A stretch of 64,000 nt of DNA, from assembly GCA_965153455.1 (NCBI GenBank), contig OZ234494.1, positions 1,240,001-1,304,000 on the forward strand, read 5' to 3'. The position numbers were made by a program, and so were the translations under genes. Below the pieces are notes generated by a model. It was not told where the DNA came from. It saw nothing but the letters and a program-made list of their open reading frames with translations, and did not search any database. The DNA is from Sphagnum compactum. Taxonomy: Eukaryota. Position 1 is the stretch's first letter; each line of letters starts with the position of its first letter. This document shows, in pieces, positions 13,301 through 26,700 of this stretch.

Positions 13301-15904
13301 CCACAGTTCAACAGCACATCATGGGAGCATTCAGAATGAATTTCTTTCGAACCTATGGTTCAAATCTCCAGCATCATCTTCATTTAAATAATTAGCAGTA
13401 GAATAGACCAGCACTACAGAACTCAAAAGAACACAGAAACAAGAATTGAAATCAGAACCTCTGCTGCTGATTCCATGACAAATTTGTCAAGACAAAAGGA
13501 AAATAATGTGCTTAGGTAGACAGCAACCAAAGGGGATGGACCAGTAAACAAACAAATGTGAAGAGTGTTACTTTCTGAGGTCCACGGGCAAGCACATCCT
13601 GTAATTGAAGGCACATACGCTCATCTTTGCAAGCCACTAAAACTGCAGCTCCACCTTCTCCCCAAGCATTCTGAGAGCCCTCTGGTTTTAAGCCTTGCCT
13701 CTCCTCCTCAATCTCTTCCAACACTTCCTGCCACCATGACCAAAATACTTTGATCACAAAACCATTCATTTCAGATACCTCTATCCCCTCACACCAGACT
13801 TGGGTTTCTTAAGAAGATATCTCTCATAAGAATCAAGAAATCTCCATTCTCACAATGAAGAAAAAGTAAAGAAAGGTTAACACTTCTTCTTTACCAAGCA
13901 ACCCTCTAGTCCTCTTTAAGAGAAACTTCAGAGGGTAGCATTTATTTTTCAGAAGGACAATAAGACTGACCTTATGGGCTTCTTAAGAAGAATATGGATT
14001 TCAAAGAGCCTATCTCTGTCATCCACTATTCAACGAGATTATGGGAATCATGAAATGTGATATGCTGGAAGTAGTTTGATTAGACAGAAAACTGCCTGGC
14101 ATTGAGGGTTGTATATCCCATGAGTGGACATGATCCCACCACAACTCTTCGGAAGCAATTTGCTTGCCAAAGAGTTGTCTGGGGTTTGGAGTTTGCTTGC
14201 TTTCAGTGCCAAACTAAAAGCATACAGGCATCTGAAAGTGAGGAACTGAGTGATCCATTCAGATACTAGTTTATGCAACTCTTACATAGACATGCAAGAA
14301 TAACATGGGCATCACCCCCCCCCCACCCCCCCACCCCAAAACACACATTCCCCCTTCAGAGGAAAAGCAAGACGCAAAGACATTCCCCGTTCAGCTGCCC
14401 CAAATCATGAAGCAAGAGTAACAGTGGCAAGAGTCTCCATTTGGTCATTGACAACAAGAATCCTCTTCTGTCCTAGGAAAGCAATTGTCTCTCAACCGGC
14501 AGTTGTCATCTGCAGAAAGGAGAGCATAAGAAGAATTGAGGAATCTACCCGTAACACCTTCCACTTTGGCATTTCCTCTACAACCACTTCAAGCTCGACT
14601 CCTCCATCAGTTTCATGGATTTTCTCTGGTGCTCCATTTGGATTTAAACCTCCCTTATTATCAGTTGCACCAAGACCTGAAATCTCATCAACTCTCATCC
14701 TTTTACTTCCACCTGTAGCTGCATACTCTGAAAGCTCTGAAACAGCATCCTTGCTACCTGAATAACCTGAAGGGTGGAGACTGTTAGGGTTACTATTCAA
14801 AGCTTGTTCCTGGTTCATCCCCCTACCACTGGATTTCCACTTTGGGTTTCCTCGGCCCCTTCCTGATTGAGTGATTTTTCCTTGTCCGATTCGTGTGCCA
14901 TCCGTTCTGATCAATTGATAAACTCGTCTCTTTGTGAGCTCAAAGATTTTATGCGTGGGGTTTGCAAAAATCCATACTGACCTCACACCCTCAGAAGCTC
15001 TCAGAGTGTCCAAGTATTTCAGGAACGTGACGGCATCGTACCTGAGAAGATACTCGGACAGCTTCCTTAGGGTTTTAAGATCCCCGACCAATTGTTTTGT
15101 TTTCCAACCCACGGTGTGCCACATGGGATCTAGCTGTCGTCTGACAATCTCATCAAAGGATTTGAAGAGGCCGTTGTCGACAGTGAGATCCTCAACGTCA
15201 ACTTTGTTGGTCTTCCGGAGCTCCTTGAGGCACGCATCCATGACCTCGATGATGGCATTTTGGATACCCGCCATGGCAGAAGTCAAGGGCATTCGAATGT
15301 CGACCACTTCAGGGGGTGCCTCCTCAAGAGCATGGCTGACAGACAGATGAAACCGCGGCCACAAGTACAACCGCTTCACAAACAATGACTTCATAACCCT
15401 CTCAGTCTTCGAGAAGCCAGAGACCATGGCCTGGGGTTTATCAGAGAAAGCCCGGACAAACCCAACCTTGTTGGCATGCCTAAAAAGCCTCACAATGAAA
15501 GCTTCCGCACAAGACTCCGACAGCCGATGCGCGTTGTTAACCACAACACCTGCCACCTTACTAAGCGGCACACGCTCATTCAACATATCCACAATGAGAA
15601 TCCGAGAGGTGATGAAAAATACACCACCCTTGGCATAGCATTGCATGCGTTCCAAGCTCGTATACTCGTTATTAATCTCCAAAGGCAGAGCAACCGTGGC
15701 ATCTTGATCCTGAAGCTCTTCCCGCAACGCCTGTCGCTGCTCGTCAGAAGTCGACAGCAGCAACACGAGTTCATCGGATTTCTCTTGCACATGCAGTCGC
15801 AGCAACGAGGCCAAAACCTTTGTCAACCCTAAACCCGCGGCGAGAACCATGACCCCATCTGCCTCCACGAGCTCACTCACCATCTGCTCATGGAATCCCA
15901 ACAT
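10321..15904 (-). CDS. UVH1: DNA repair endonuclease XPF/RAD1/ERCC4, 8 exons: 15904-14549, 13727-13572, 13091-12746, 12460-11964, 11811-11701, 11553-11293, 10968-10745, 10531-10321 (~1053 aa)
   Basis: Helicase-like N-terminus ([17 protein letters not shown]), ERCC4 nuclease motifs [26 protein letters not shown]-terminal HhH (LRRLPGV). All junctions GT-AG and phase-compatible. Confidence 0.95.
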
Positions 15905-15919
15905 GGCCAAAATCCGATC

Positions 15920-15922
<3 letters not shown>

Positions 15923-15953
<31 letters not shown>
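15923..15953. repeat. (CT)n/(GA)n microsatellite just upstream of the XPF start codon
   Basis: ~15 CT units read directly; GA-repeats are known BBR/BPC sites in plants. Confidence 0.85.
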
Positions 15954-15955
<2 letters not shown>

Positions 15956-17018
15956 CTTCCTTCCAGTCCCCCTAACATGAGACTGAATTCCGGTCTTCCA
16001 AGCCCACACAATTCCACAGAAGAACGGAGACGGGCCTGGCCGCGAAGCTCGCAGGCCGGCGACGTCGGCTGCTGAGCGGCAGCTGTGAAGCGCAAGGTCG
16101 ATCTTACCGCTCCCCGGCTCAGCCACCTACCACCTATTGTGGAATTTTCACTTAGTTTTTTACCCTCCACTCAGTAAATTTTCGCTTAACAAAAAACTGG
16201 GTATTCTTGCACTTACTTGCCTCTTGTTTTTCAGTAGTAAATTTTTACACTCTTTGATTGTTAGGGTGCTCAAAAAGTGGCTGTGGAGAATGGAATTAGG
16301 TTATTATTATTATTATTCATGTTATTAATTTTTCTTATGTTTTCATATATTTATGTCAATGTCAACTTTAATTTAAATTAATATACATTTCATGGACATG
16401 AAAAAACACATGCTAATTTATTTTTAATGTTGATGTTGATGGATAGGAAAAAAAAAAGTGAGGTAGTTATAGAATGAACGTAATTATTAAGAAAGGTGGG
16501 AAAATCGTTATTATGAAAGTAAATTTTTTTAAAATAGTTATGAAACAATTAAGCTTGAAGATGAAATAGTTATTTTTGAATTGTCTTTGGAATGGTCCAG
16601 GAACAACCATATGATGAGAATGATCTTATAAAAACGGCATACATACGAAACTTTTTGCAAAGAACCCCATACAAACCAATTCCTATGTGGTTTGAGTTTT
16701 CAACAACTTTGTGCACCCAATTTGTATCATGTTTCTATTTAATTGAAACTAAATTCAATTGAATTCGATAAGAACACAAGCACAATTCAAAGGTTTCATT
16801 ACCTAAATAAATATCATGGACATAATAAAAAGGGACATAACAAACTCAATGTCTTTGCAAACCAAATTATAATTTGTTGTATCAGTGATTCATGGTGTCA
16901 AATAGTGGACATACCCAATTTACCTTGGCAACTTTGACAAGTAAAGAAAGCAAATCACCAAAAACCATCACAAAAAAACGGGAATGTGTGCAAATTTGAA
17001 CTAGATGTTCTTCCGTGC

Positions 17019-17060
17019 TCCCCCCCCCCCCCCCACCCCGAACCCTAAACCCTAATCCCT
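17019..17060 (+). promoter_or_regulatory. Poly-C tract plus telo-box (AAACCCTAA, 17047-17055) upstream of NUP107
   Basis: Exact AAACCCTAA ~145 bp before the ATG; telo-boxes are common in plant housekeeping promoters. Confidence 0.5.
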
Positions 17061-17200
17061 GAAGTCTGTCTTTGGCAGGGTTTGGAGCAAATTGCACGAA
17101 GAAGAAACAGAAAGACGGTGAGAGCAGCAACGCACAGAGAGAGACACTGGGGGAAGAGAGAGAAAGCGTGTTGCAGGAGAGCAAGTGTATGTGAGAGAAG

Positions 17201-20200
17201 ATGGAGGATGACGGTAGCGTAGATGGTGTGCTTGGTAGCCGCGAGCAGTTCCGTCGTTACCGGAAGAGGAGGTCGTCGCTTCCTGCTAGAGGAGGTGGAG
17301 GTGGAGTGGAAAGCCAATCTCCTCCACTCGACTTTATGTCTCCGCCGTCAGTTCCTAAAGAGGCATCGCACGAGAGGTATGATAGTGCAATAGAATATGA
17401 GACTCCGGTAGTACCGCAAGGGAAAGGAGCTGCAAGAGAGAAATGGAGTGCGTTAAAGTTTGACAATGCAGCAGCAGCAGCCTGGGGTAATGATAGGCCG
17501 GGTAGAGACGAGTTGGAGACGAAAGCTGCTGCATTGCAAACCTCCAAAGCGCTGGTAACTGTCAAGCCTGAGCCTGGGATTGTGGAGGACGTATCTCGTA
17601 GGGCAGAAGAAACATATGCGCGTTTCGCATTGCCGTTGTATGCGGCTTTGCGAGAAGAGCTCGTGTTCCCAGAGCTCATGTGTCAGTTTGAAGTTACCTG
17701 CCATGAGCTAGCAGAATCAGTGCGGGATGAAGCCACGGAGCGTCATCGCCTGACGGAGGAAAGGTTGATGAGGCAAACGGCTCAGATGTTGCAAGGAGAA
17801 GCAGGAACATGGTCTCTCCTGTGGCACCTTTACGGCAAAGAAACAGAAGAGATGTACTATGATGAGGCGATGGTCTTTCCGCCAACCTCACAGCAAGAAG
17901 CTGCTCTTTTTATACTTGCTAATCCATTAGCACAGCAATGCTTGCGCATTGTGCAGTGGCTGGAAGGCTTAGCTTCCAAGGAGCTTGACTATCAGAAAAA
18001 GCGCAAGGGATGGTATGCCGGATCTTATGTACAGAAGCTTGGTGTATGGCACCAAACACAGCAAGCAATCCGGAAACGGACAGGGCGGGCAACTCTTGTA
18101 AAGCACCTCGATCCTGATGCCCCATCACGGGAGCGGGCACATCTGCATCCTGAGGACCAGGAACTTCAAGAGGATCTGTTAGAAGATGTATGGAAATTAT
18201 TGAGGGCTGGAAGATTAGCAGAAGCAAGGGAGCTTTGTAGAAGGGCAGGCCAGACATGGAGAGCTCCTAGTATTGGAGGTTGTGGAGAGCTTGGTCCATC
18301 TCCATCTTTTGATATTTTTCGAAATGCAAAGAAGGACAGGGTACGACAAGCAATGGAGCTTGAGAGTGGTTTTGCCAACCAGCGCCGCTTATGGAAGTGG
18401 GCTTCATTTCGTGCCTCTGAGGAGATTGGAGAGAATGCACCAGAGGCAAGGCACGAAGCTGCAGTCTATGCTGCACAATGTGGGAATGTGAGGCGAATGC
18501 TTCCTGTTTGCTTTGATTGGGAGTCTGCATGCTGGGCCATGACACGATCATGGCTTGATACTCTAGTAGACTCAGAGCTTTTCGCCCGGCATACACTGAA
18601 ACCTCGCAATCAGACTGCAAAAGGAAATGGTCAGGGTGTGAATGAGAAAGGAGGAGACTCAAGCATGGGAGCTGTGGAAGGACCCCATAGTTGGCCTCAA
18701 CCAGTACTAGAGCAGCAGCCTCAAGACTTGGTTGCATTGTTTCAAAATCTTCATTCTGGAGATTTGGTGCATGAGAGCGTACACCGCAGCTGCAAAGAGC
18801 AACAAAGGCTTCTTCAGATGGACCTGATGATTGGTGACTTCTCCCACCTTCTCGACTTACTTAAGCAATGGACTGTTCCTCATGATAGTACTGCAGGGCC
18901 CCATGGCCACCCTCAAATGGTTCGATTTGGAGCACACTTGGTAATAGTTCTCCGTAACATTCTAATAGAGACAGCTGACAAAATCATCATGGAGAAATTA
19001 CAGCTCGTGGGGGACCTTATACTTAATGCCTATCTCATTTTCCTCTTTACTGAGCATCAGGAAGAATACTTGGGTCTGTATGCATCACAACTGGCTCCTC
19101 ACCTGTGTGTCGAGCTGTATGCAAACTTCATGGATCTTCGACAGAATGACAATCTGGCTGTCAAGTACAAGATCTTTTGCTCTGCCATCGAGTTCCTTCC
19201 TTTCTTCTCTGATAACACCCACACAGGGTGTGTATCTGACATTCTTGACAGGTATGTAATGCATTATGTCTGTTAGGAACTGCAACATATACATGAATCA
19301 TGAGACTTAGGTTCATTCAGCTTATGATGTGCAGAAGGTGTGGAGAAATAATTACATTCCTATGGCGTTGGTTGTGATGGAAAGCAGGGTCTTGATCAAG
19401 TCTCGGGAAGTAAAGGCAGGCTTACAACAACCAGTGAAGGAAGAAAGGGACCAGGAAGTCACAAGGGAGCCACACCAGCTTTTTCAAAGCTCTTTAAAAG
19501 CTCAAGCTGTGCAATGGTTGTGTTTCAGCCCTCCTCCCTCTGTGGCAGATGGGGAGCTTTTGCAGGCAGAGCTCTTAGCACGAGCCCTTGAACATTGCAA
19601 CCTTTTGTTCCGTGAGTTTGCATTGATCTCACTCTGGCGTACACCTACAGTTCCAGCAGGACCGCACAATCTTCTTAGCCACCTTGCAGGACCTTTGAAG
19701 CAGCCTACAGATGTCCTTCTTTCCCTTGATGATGCCCATAATGTTAAGGACAATCTCCAAGAGTTTGAAGATTGGAAAACTTACTATGAGTGTGATGCTC
19801 TGTATCGAAGCTGGTTAAAAATGGAACAGGAAAATGCAGAAGTGCCTCCAGAACTTCTTTCAATTGATGAGAAACAGAGAGCCATTTCTGCTGCCCAAGA
19901 AGCACTTGACCAAGGTTCTGCCTTGCTATATGAAAGTAATGGCTTTTGGCTTGCAGGAATGGTCAGTTCTGATGCCAATGAGCTTACAGATTTTGAGTGG
20001 CTGGAGGTCCATGTAACTGCAGTGCTGATGTCAGACACAGGTGCATATCTAGCTCCTGAGGCCACATTGTGTACTGCCTTGAGCAGTTCATTGTTCGAGT
20101 GCGGTGGAGACTCTGGTGTGCAAAGACAGCTGACTGTGGATGTACAGAAAAGCACCAAAGATGGGAGCTGTGTGGACGTGCAATTACGTTGTGTGTCTAT

Positions 20201-20630
20201 AGAAGGGGATGGAGTTGGGACAGCAATAGCTCATGATGGGGGCCTACTTGGATCCATACTGGCTTTAGCAGCCAAAGGTGAATTGCCTCATTTTCAAGCA
20301 GGGCTTATACTGGAAGTGGTCACAATGGATGCTTGGTATTGGGACAACAGCTTTGTGAAAAGATTACCTGCTGTTTATATCTTGCAAGGCCTTTGCCGTC
20401 GCTGTTGTCTACCTGAACTCATCCTGCGCTGTCTGCAACTCAGAGTGTTTCTTGCAGCACTTGAGGATAGGTTGGAGGAGGACCACAAACTAATTGATTT
20501 TGTCTCGTCTAGAGAGACAGCTTTGTATGGCCTCTTTAGCCAGAGACAACTCCAAGAATTTCTGCTGTTAGAAGCAGAGGTGACCATACGCAGCATGGAG
20601 TTCACAGGAGATGATTCCTCAGGAATGTAG
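17201..20630 (+). CDS. NUP107: Nuclear pore complex protein NUP107, 2 exons: 17201-19251, 19388-20630 (~1097 aa)
   Basis: Nup84/107 motifs CLRIVQWLE, HLDPDAP, LLRAGRLAEARELCRRAGQTWRA, WESACWA, LCRRCCLPELILR; 136-nt GT-AG intron joins the two long ORFs in frame (DR|VL). Confidence 0.93.
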
Positions 20631-23600
20631 CAATGAGTGCTCTCCATATCCTTTTCCTTGTTCTGTGTTTTGATGGAGCAACTGTTTTGTGGGTGGCTTT
20701 TGGAGAATTGAGAAGGATGAAGGTCACTGGTGACTAGCCTCTTTTTGGCATTAAAACTATCCTGCCAAGACTCAGGATGACTATTTCTGCACATCTGAAG
20801 ATGTTGAAATTTCTGCTTCGTGAGTTCTCTATGGTCTTTCATTAGCTCCAAAGATAAAGACAGTTGTGCGACCAAGTTGGCAGCAACACCATCTGTTATG
20901 AATGGGCAGTGGATTAGCATTGTTGTAATGGACACTGATTTGATCTCACACAGGGTTGAGCTCAGTGGACCAGAATACATGATAGGTGCAAGATATCATG
21001 TATATGTTGATGTCATGGAGCTGGTGTTTTAAAATGGCCTCTTTAGGAGGTCCATCATGACACTGACATCATACTTCCAAGGTGTTCCATTCTACAGACA
21101 CTACCAGTGCAATCTTGAGACCTTTTTGCTGCAAAAGCAAGAGTGGCAAAAAAAGTGGAACAAGATGGTTACCATGTGTGCATCAAGATAGAGCAATCCC
21201 TTTTTATTATGAGGGAAATCCAAATGTGTGGTTACAAATGTATGAACAATTCAACCTCCAAGTGCTGATTCATGAGCTGAAGTTTGCAAGGGTGAGAAGA
21301 GTTACACTTTTCAGTCTAGACTATGGAAGTCACAAGATCAGATGGAATTTCCAAGCAGCATTGTAGAGCATTGTACCATCTTTAGGAGCAGTAAAATTAA
21401 ATTAAACAACCAAGATGTTTACATTTCCAAAGATCTCAAACATGTGCCCACCCAGGAGGCTTTACAGCAACAGAAATGGTGCAGGCGTCCTCCAAGCTGT
21501 TGAGTCCACAAACATCAACCGATCAGGAGCTCATAAGGTGAAAAGTATAACTTGCATGTGGAGTTGATGACATGACAACTTGCATCTATGGAGTTGCTGT
21601 GAGAAGCATGCTTATTGAGATCCACACAGATGCCAGTCAATCCAGCTACCACTGCATCTGGATTGTTTTGCATTATTGCCACAACTCCATTCTGGCATGC
21701 TTTTCATCATCAGCAATAGGATCTCAAACCACAATACTGAAATGTCAACCGTGTAACTTAATCAACCTAACTCAATGAGCAACAGGATTTTGGCAAAATG
21801 AATGTGGCTACATGTGAATTCCACACAGACCCTAAGAATCAGCACAAGAAAATGTTGCATATGTGTTTCCCAAAACAACAAACAAGCATAATATTCCATC
21901 TAAGTTATACATCTCTACAACACCCTGATATTTATGCAGGCTAGATCTACAATGTGAGAGGGGTGCACAAGTATATGCCAGTAGAAAAAGATTACCATAC
22001 TATGCAAAAGATCAAGGAATTCCAATCTAGACACACCTTGTAATCTCATGTGGACATGGCTCCTCAATTTTAATCTTTTTTTGCAATTTTCTGAAGATAC
22101 CTAAACCTTGACAAATACTTGATTCCCCAACAATCTCAAATGTTAGACCATCCTGAAGATCATGATAGGATTCAGTAGACCATCCTCTCATAAATATCCT
22201 GCATAAACATCATTGCATAAGGTCCTGCATAAATATGCACCCATGCAGGACCCCTAAAGTATGCAAGCTCACAATGAGAGGATGGTCTACCAAGTCCCAT
22301 GAGATCAACTGAACAATCGAGTCACAAGTGGGTGAAACATTTAGCTTCAACTTGTTAGTTGACAAACTGCCAGAGAGTGTACTGATAAAATGAGGCCAAT
22401 ATACCAACAATGACAATGCAAGTAGTGTTGACACAATATAATCAGGTGTGTCAACCCCCCATCAAACCCAATCTGCAAGTACATTGGACAGAACAACAGG
22501 AAATGTTCATTCATTGCACAATTCTACTCTCCAGCAGCTAACTCTATGAGCTGCATTCCTATATCTTGCATCTCCTACTCAAGCTTGCTCTTTTTCCCGA
22601 ATTTCCTCTCATCACCTCATCATCCCTCTTACCATAAGTCCCACTTACATTCAACATACAACACAGCAACTTTGTGGGAGTAGTGGAGTTATGGGGGTCG
22701 AACTACCATTGCAACCAAATGAAGAGAGGAGGATTAGTCAGACCCAATTTACACCTGCTGCACATTGCAAGCAAAGATATTGAATCCATGTAAAAGCCAT
22801 TCAGAAAATCTTGTTGAGATCTTCAACACAGGGGAAGAGAAGCATGTACTAGTCAATTCAAGTCAACAAGTCAATGCATGTCATGGTTGCTGAAGCATAG
22901 GGGGGTAATTTGAGTTATCTCCATGATTGCAGTGCCTCACCTTCAGAAGAATTACCTTCTCCTTGATTCCGGAGAAAAAAAATAACTTTCAATTGCTCTA
23001 TTGGAGCGACGTGTGTATGCAGCTACAAACTACAGATAGTTGGAAAGCATGATAGTGGTAAAGCTAGACAAGTTAATCCAGATATTACTCACATCTCAAA
23101 GGTTACTAAATTGCGGTGAGGAAGACCTTTATGAGTTGCTACATTCAGAGGCTTTCTGACATGCAAGAATGATTCCTATGCAGCAGAGATTCATGAGGAT
23201 GATGAAACCAAAGATCTCCCACTCTCTATAGAATAGGAGCAGAAGTGGAAGATGGAGAGGAAATGCTCCTAGAGTGGAGACATCATCAGACCAAAATAAA
23301 AACTTTAATTGTTATTGATCTTCATGCAAGTCAAACCCCATTTCAATCAAAAAACCCAACCATTTCAAATACAACCATTTGCTGTAACTAAATGTTCCAC
23401 ACAAATGACCACAGTGACTATGCTGGATGTTTGGTATATTACCTCATTGCATGATTACACAGCCAAGCAAGAACATTCCACAGTAGGTTCCTCAAAACAA
23501 GTGCTGAGTACTGACAGGTTTGAGAATCCACAGCTTGGCAAGCTTCATCAGTGCCATTTCCATTCCCACAAAATACAACAAGAGCTCAATGCCTAAGGCA

Positions 23601-23790
23601 TTGAGCTCACTGATTTTAAGAACTTCAAGGCCCCCATTACTAACTGTTGAAAAAGAAAGTACGCCCAGCAACATCAAAGCAGTCAACTAGGGTGACTACA
23701 AAATTGTCCTACAAAGTAGATGATACACAGGGCATTATTACACCTACTAGAGGTTAAAAGGTCTGCATCAATGAAGAGTCAAGCATGAAG

Positions 23791-26700
23791 TTAAGTAGAT
23801 TTAACCTTGCGTGAAGGTGGTCTGCGTAGTGCTCCAATCAGATCATCAAATCCCTGCACCCCACATGGTTGAAATGCTTGCTTGTGAGTTGTCCAGCAAT
23901 CCAAAACAAATCTGTCCAGCAGTTCTGTGCATAATTTTCTTACTGGAACAAAAGCAAGCTCACTTCCAGTGCAACAAAAGAAATCAACATGAATGCCAAG
24001 TTGCTAGTACCTTGGTCGTCACCAAGAGGATGAGGAATAAGAGCCCAAGATATACTCCAACAGCAAGCATTACAAACAAATCAAAGGTTACACTTGCCAC
24101 CTGTCATCCATCATGTACTTTGTTAGAACGGCTGAATGATGCTTTTGTGACATCAACAGCCTACAAGCCACTCTAAAGCTCCAAAAGAAATCAAATGTGA
24201 GATTTCCAAGGCAAGGGATTAGGTTTGTAAGATTGAATGAAGTCATGAAATGTGTGCGCCATGTCTAACCTGATGTACACTGAGTTGTGCTTTTGTCAAA
24301 TCATAAAAAACAAATGTAGAATCCAGTGTATCGTGGTGATAACTAGCATCCATGGTATGCTCCGCCAATTCCTGCAACACCATATTTCACCCAATAAATA
24401 CATAATTTCAGATATTCTCCTGTTTTCCTGTACACCATGTGTGCCTTCGCAGATTCCTAAAATTTATAGGATTCACAAAAGACCAAGGAGTGATGTGAAA
24501 GAAAACCCACCTTGTAAAAAGCAGATACAATGGGTGCATTCTTGCCCAAGAAAGGTGCAACACGAGGTGTGCGAGAGAGCAAGTCAAGCCAAGCACGCAC
24601 GTAGGCAGGGTTAACAGCCAGGCTGCTTCCTTCAGCAAAGACCTCAATCTGCTTGCCTTGCTGCTTATAAATATGTCTCTGTTAAAGCAAAAACCAAGAT
24701 TAATGCATCGCCATCTGAATTGTGAAGTATCAAGGACACCATGGTCATAACTAAAACACAGCAAGAGAGTAGGCAACATTTCAACTGATTCAGTGTCACA
24801 CTACTATATCTGTGTCAGGCAAGAGAAAAACAATGTCACGGACCCAGTTCTGAAGAGCTAATACTGAACCAGAAGGACAAGATGTGCAAGCTCAACACCA
24901 ACCCTTCGCTGTATTATAGGACAGGGAAGCTTTAACTTCCTCTGGCAAACTAACTACTTGGACAAACTTCAAATGTAGAAAATTCCAAAGCTGATTCTGG
25001 GGAGGGTTGTGTCAACATGGAAGCAGATACAACAAGAGCACTTCTTAGTCAGATTAGTAAACGTACAGCTAAACTTTCTGCTACAAGCTTGATATTCTGT
25101 ACAACAGTCGTTTCATTCACCATTCTCCTGCACACCAGTCAAGTACCACAGTTCTACTAAAACCATGCAACATACACAATCTGCAATCAACATACATGCA
25201 TATGCCATCTTTACAAATGCAATGTTCTGGCTGAATGGAGAAAACCGCTTGAAAACAAAGCATCAGAAAGTACCGGCTATCAGAAATGCCACCCGTATGT
25301 TGAAACAACTCAGGAGCAGTCTCCAGTTGAGACAGAGTGGCAGCCGTGATTCGCTGCCGTGAGAACTGTTCATGCTCCCAAGCTACCTGCATTCACAAAC
25401 ATGTATGTTACACCTGTGACATGCTAGCCCAAAACTTCTTCTCACTATCTAAGGGACTGATGAACACTACCATAAGATAGCAAACCTCCAGATATTTGCA
25501 CATAAACTACAAAAAAGAAACACATTTCGAGGATCTAAAACTGCACAACTCTCCTCTATTCACCAAGCTGTCTTGAGCATTCCCAACACAACTAACTTAA
25601 GAATGTTTGGAAAGATACCAACTTAGCATTGCTAGCACTATACAACTTGTGCAGAGAAGCATTGATAGTTGTTCAACATTGTAAAACACATGCAAAGGTC
25701 TCAGAGACAAAGGAATGCATACTCGTGGGTTGGAGATATTGATCTTCTTGTGCCTAAGTTCCACAGAAAGATCCAGGCCTTCTGCCACATCCACAAATTC
25801 CTGCATCCAAATGTCCACAAACCCAACATCACATGCCGGCATAATGCCAAACAACACTTCACAGGTCGTTTGATTATTGCATCCCAAAGTGGCAGTTGCA
25901 TGAACCTATCTCTACTCAGCTTCCATCTACAACTTACTGTTTCACAATCATGATCTCCAAAAGTGCTACAGAATGTTTTGGCCTCCAGACTTTATACACA
26001 CTTTCCAAACCAGCTCATTTGAACAAAAAGATGGAGACATTCAGAACTGCACAGAGGTGTTTACAAATGGCTTTGATTGTTATCACTCCAGGAGAGTATT
26101 TCAGCAACTTACACTGTGGATCTGTTTGATGAAAACGTTGTCAGGAGGCTTTGAGACATGCAACCACAATTGATTGCTTGAAGACCCTATAGTATTCAAG
26201 CACAAAGCATACTCCATGCTCTCCCGGATTCGCTGATCAAAGTTGCGAAGCCACTGCACAGTTTGTTTGGAGCAGGCATTATTAAAGACCTGCAGGTTGG
26301 CCTTGACCAGAAAAATCTCATGGATATACTAGACAGGAACAACAACATACTAAACATTGCCCAACAAGAATGTTCGGACAATGTTACTGTATACACACAT
26401 GTATATGCTTGCTGCAGCACAAGCTGAGATACGTCAACTTTGAGGCCCTGTGCACTACAACAAAACTTAGAAATCACATACATTGTGTGTGCCATTATAA
26501 TTGTAAGGCCCTCCTGCAGTCAACCCAAAAAGCAGATTATAAGGTCCTCTTGTTTTGGGGTTTGCATAGAGTCGAGAAAACAAACGGGCCAACTCCAGCA
26601 AAGCTGTTACTCCACTTCCACTGTTGTCACTGCCAACTGATAGCGCCTGTCAACAAACCAGCAATCTTTCAATTGCAAAGCACAGGCACTGACAGCTGAC

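Noticed and set aside
20375-20980. 201-aa minus-strand ORF
   Set aside because: Antisense shadow of the NUP107 3' end and UTR; no motifs.
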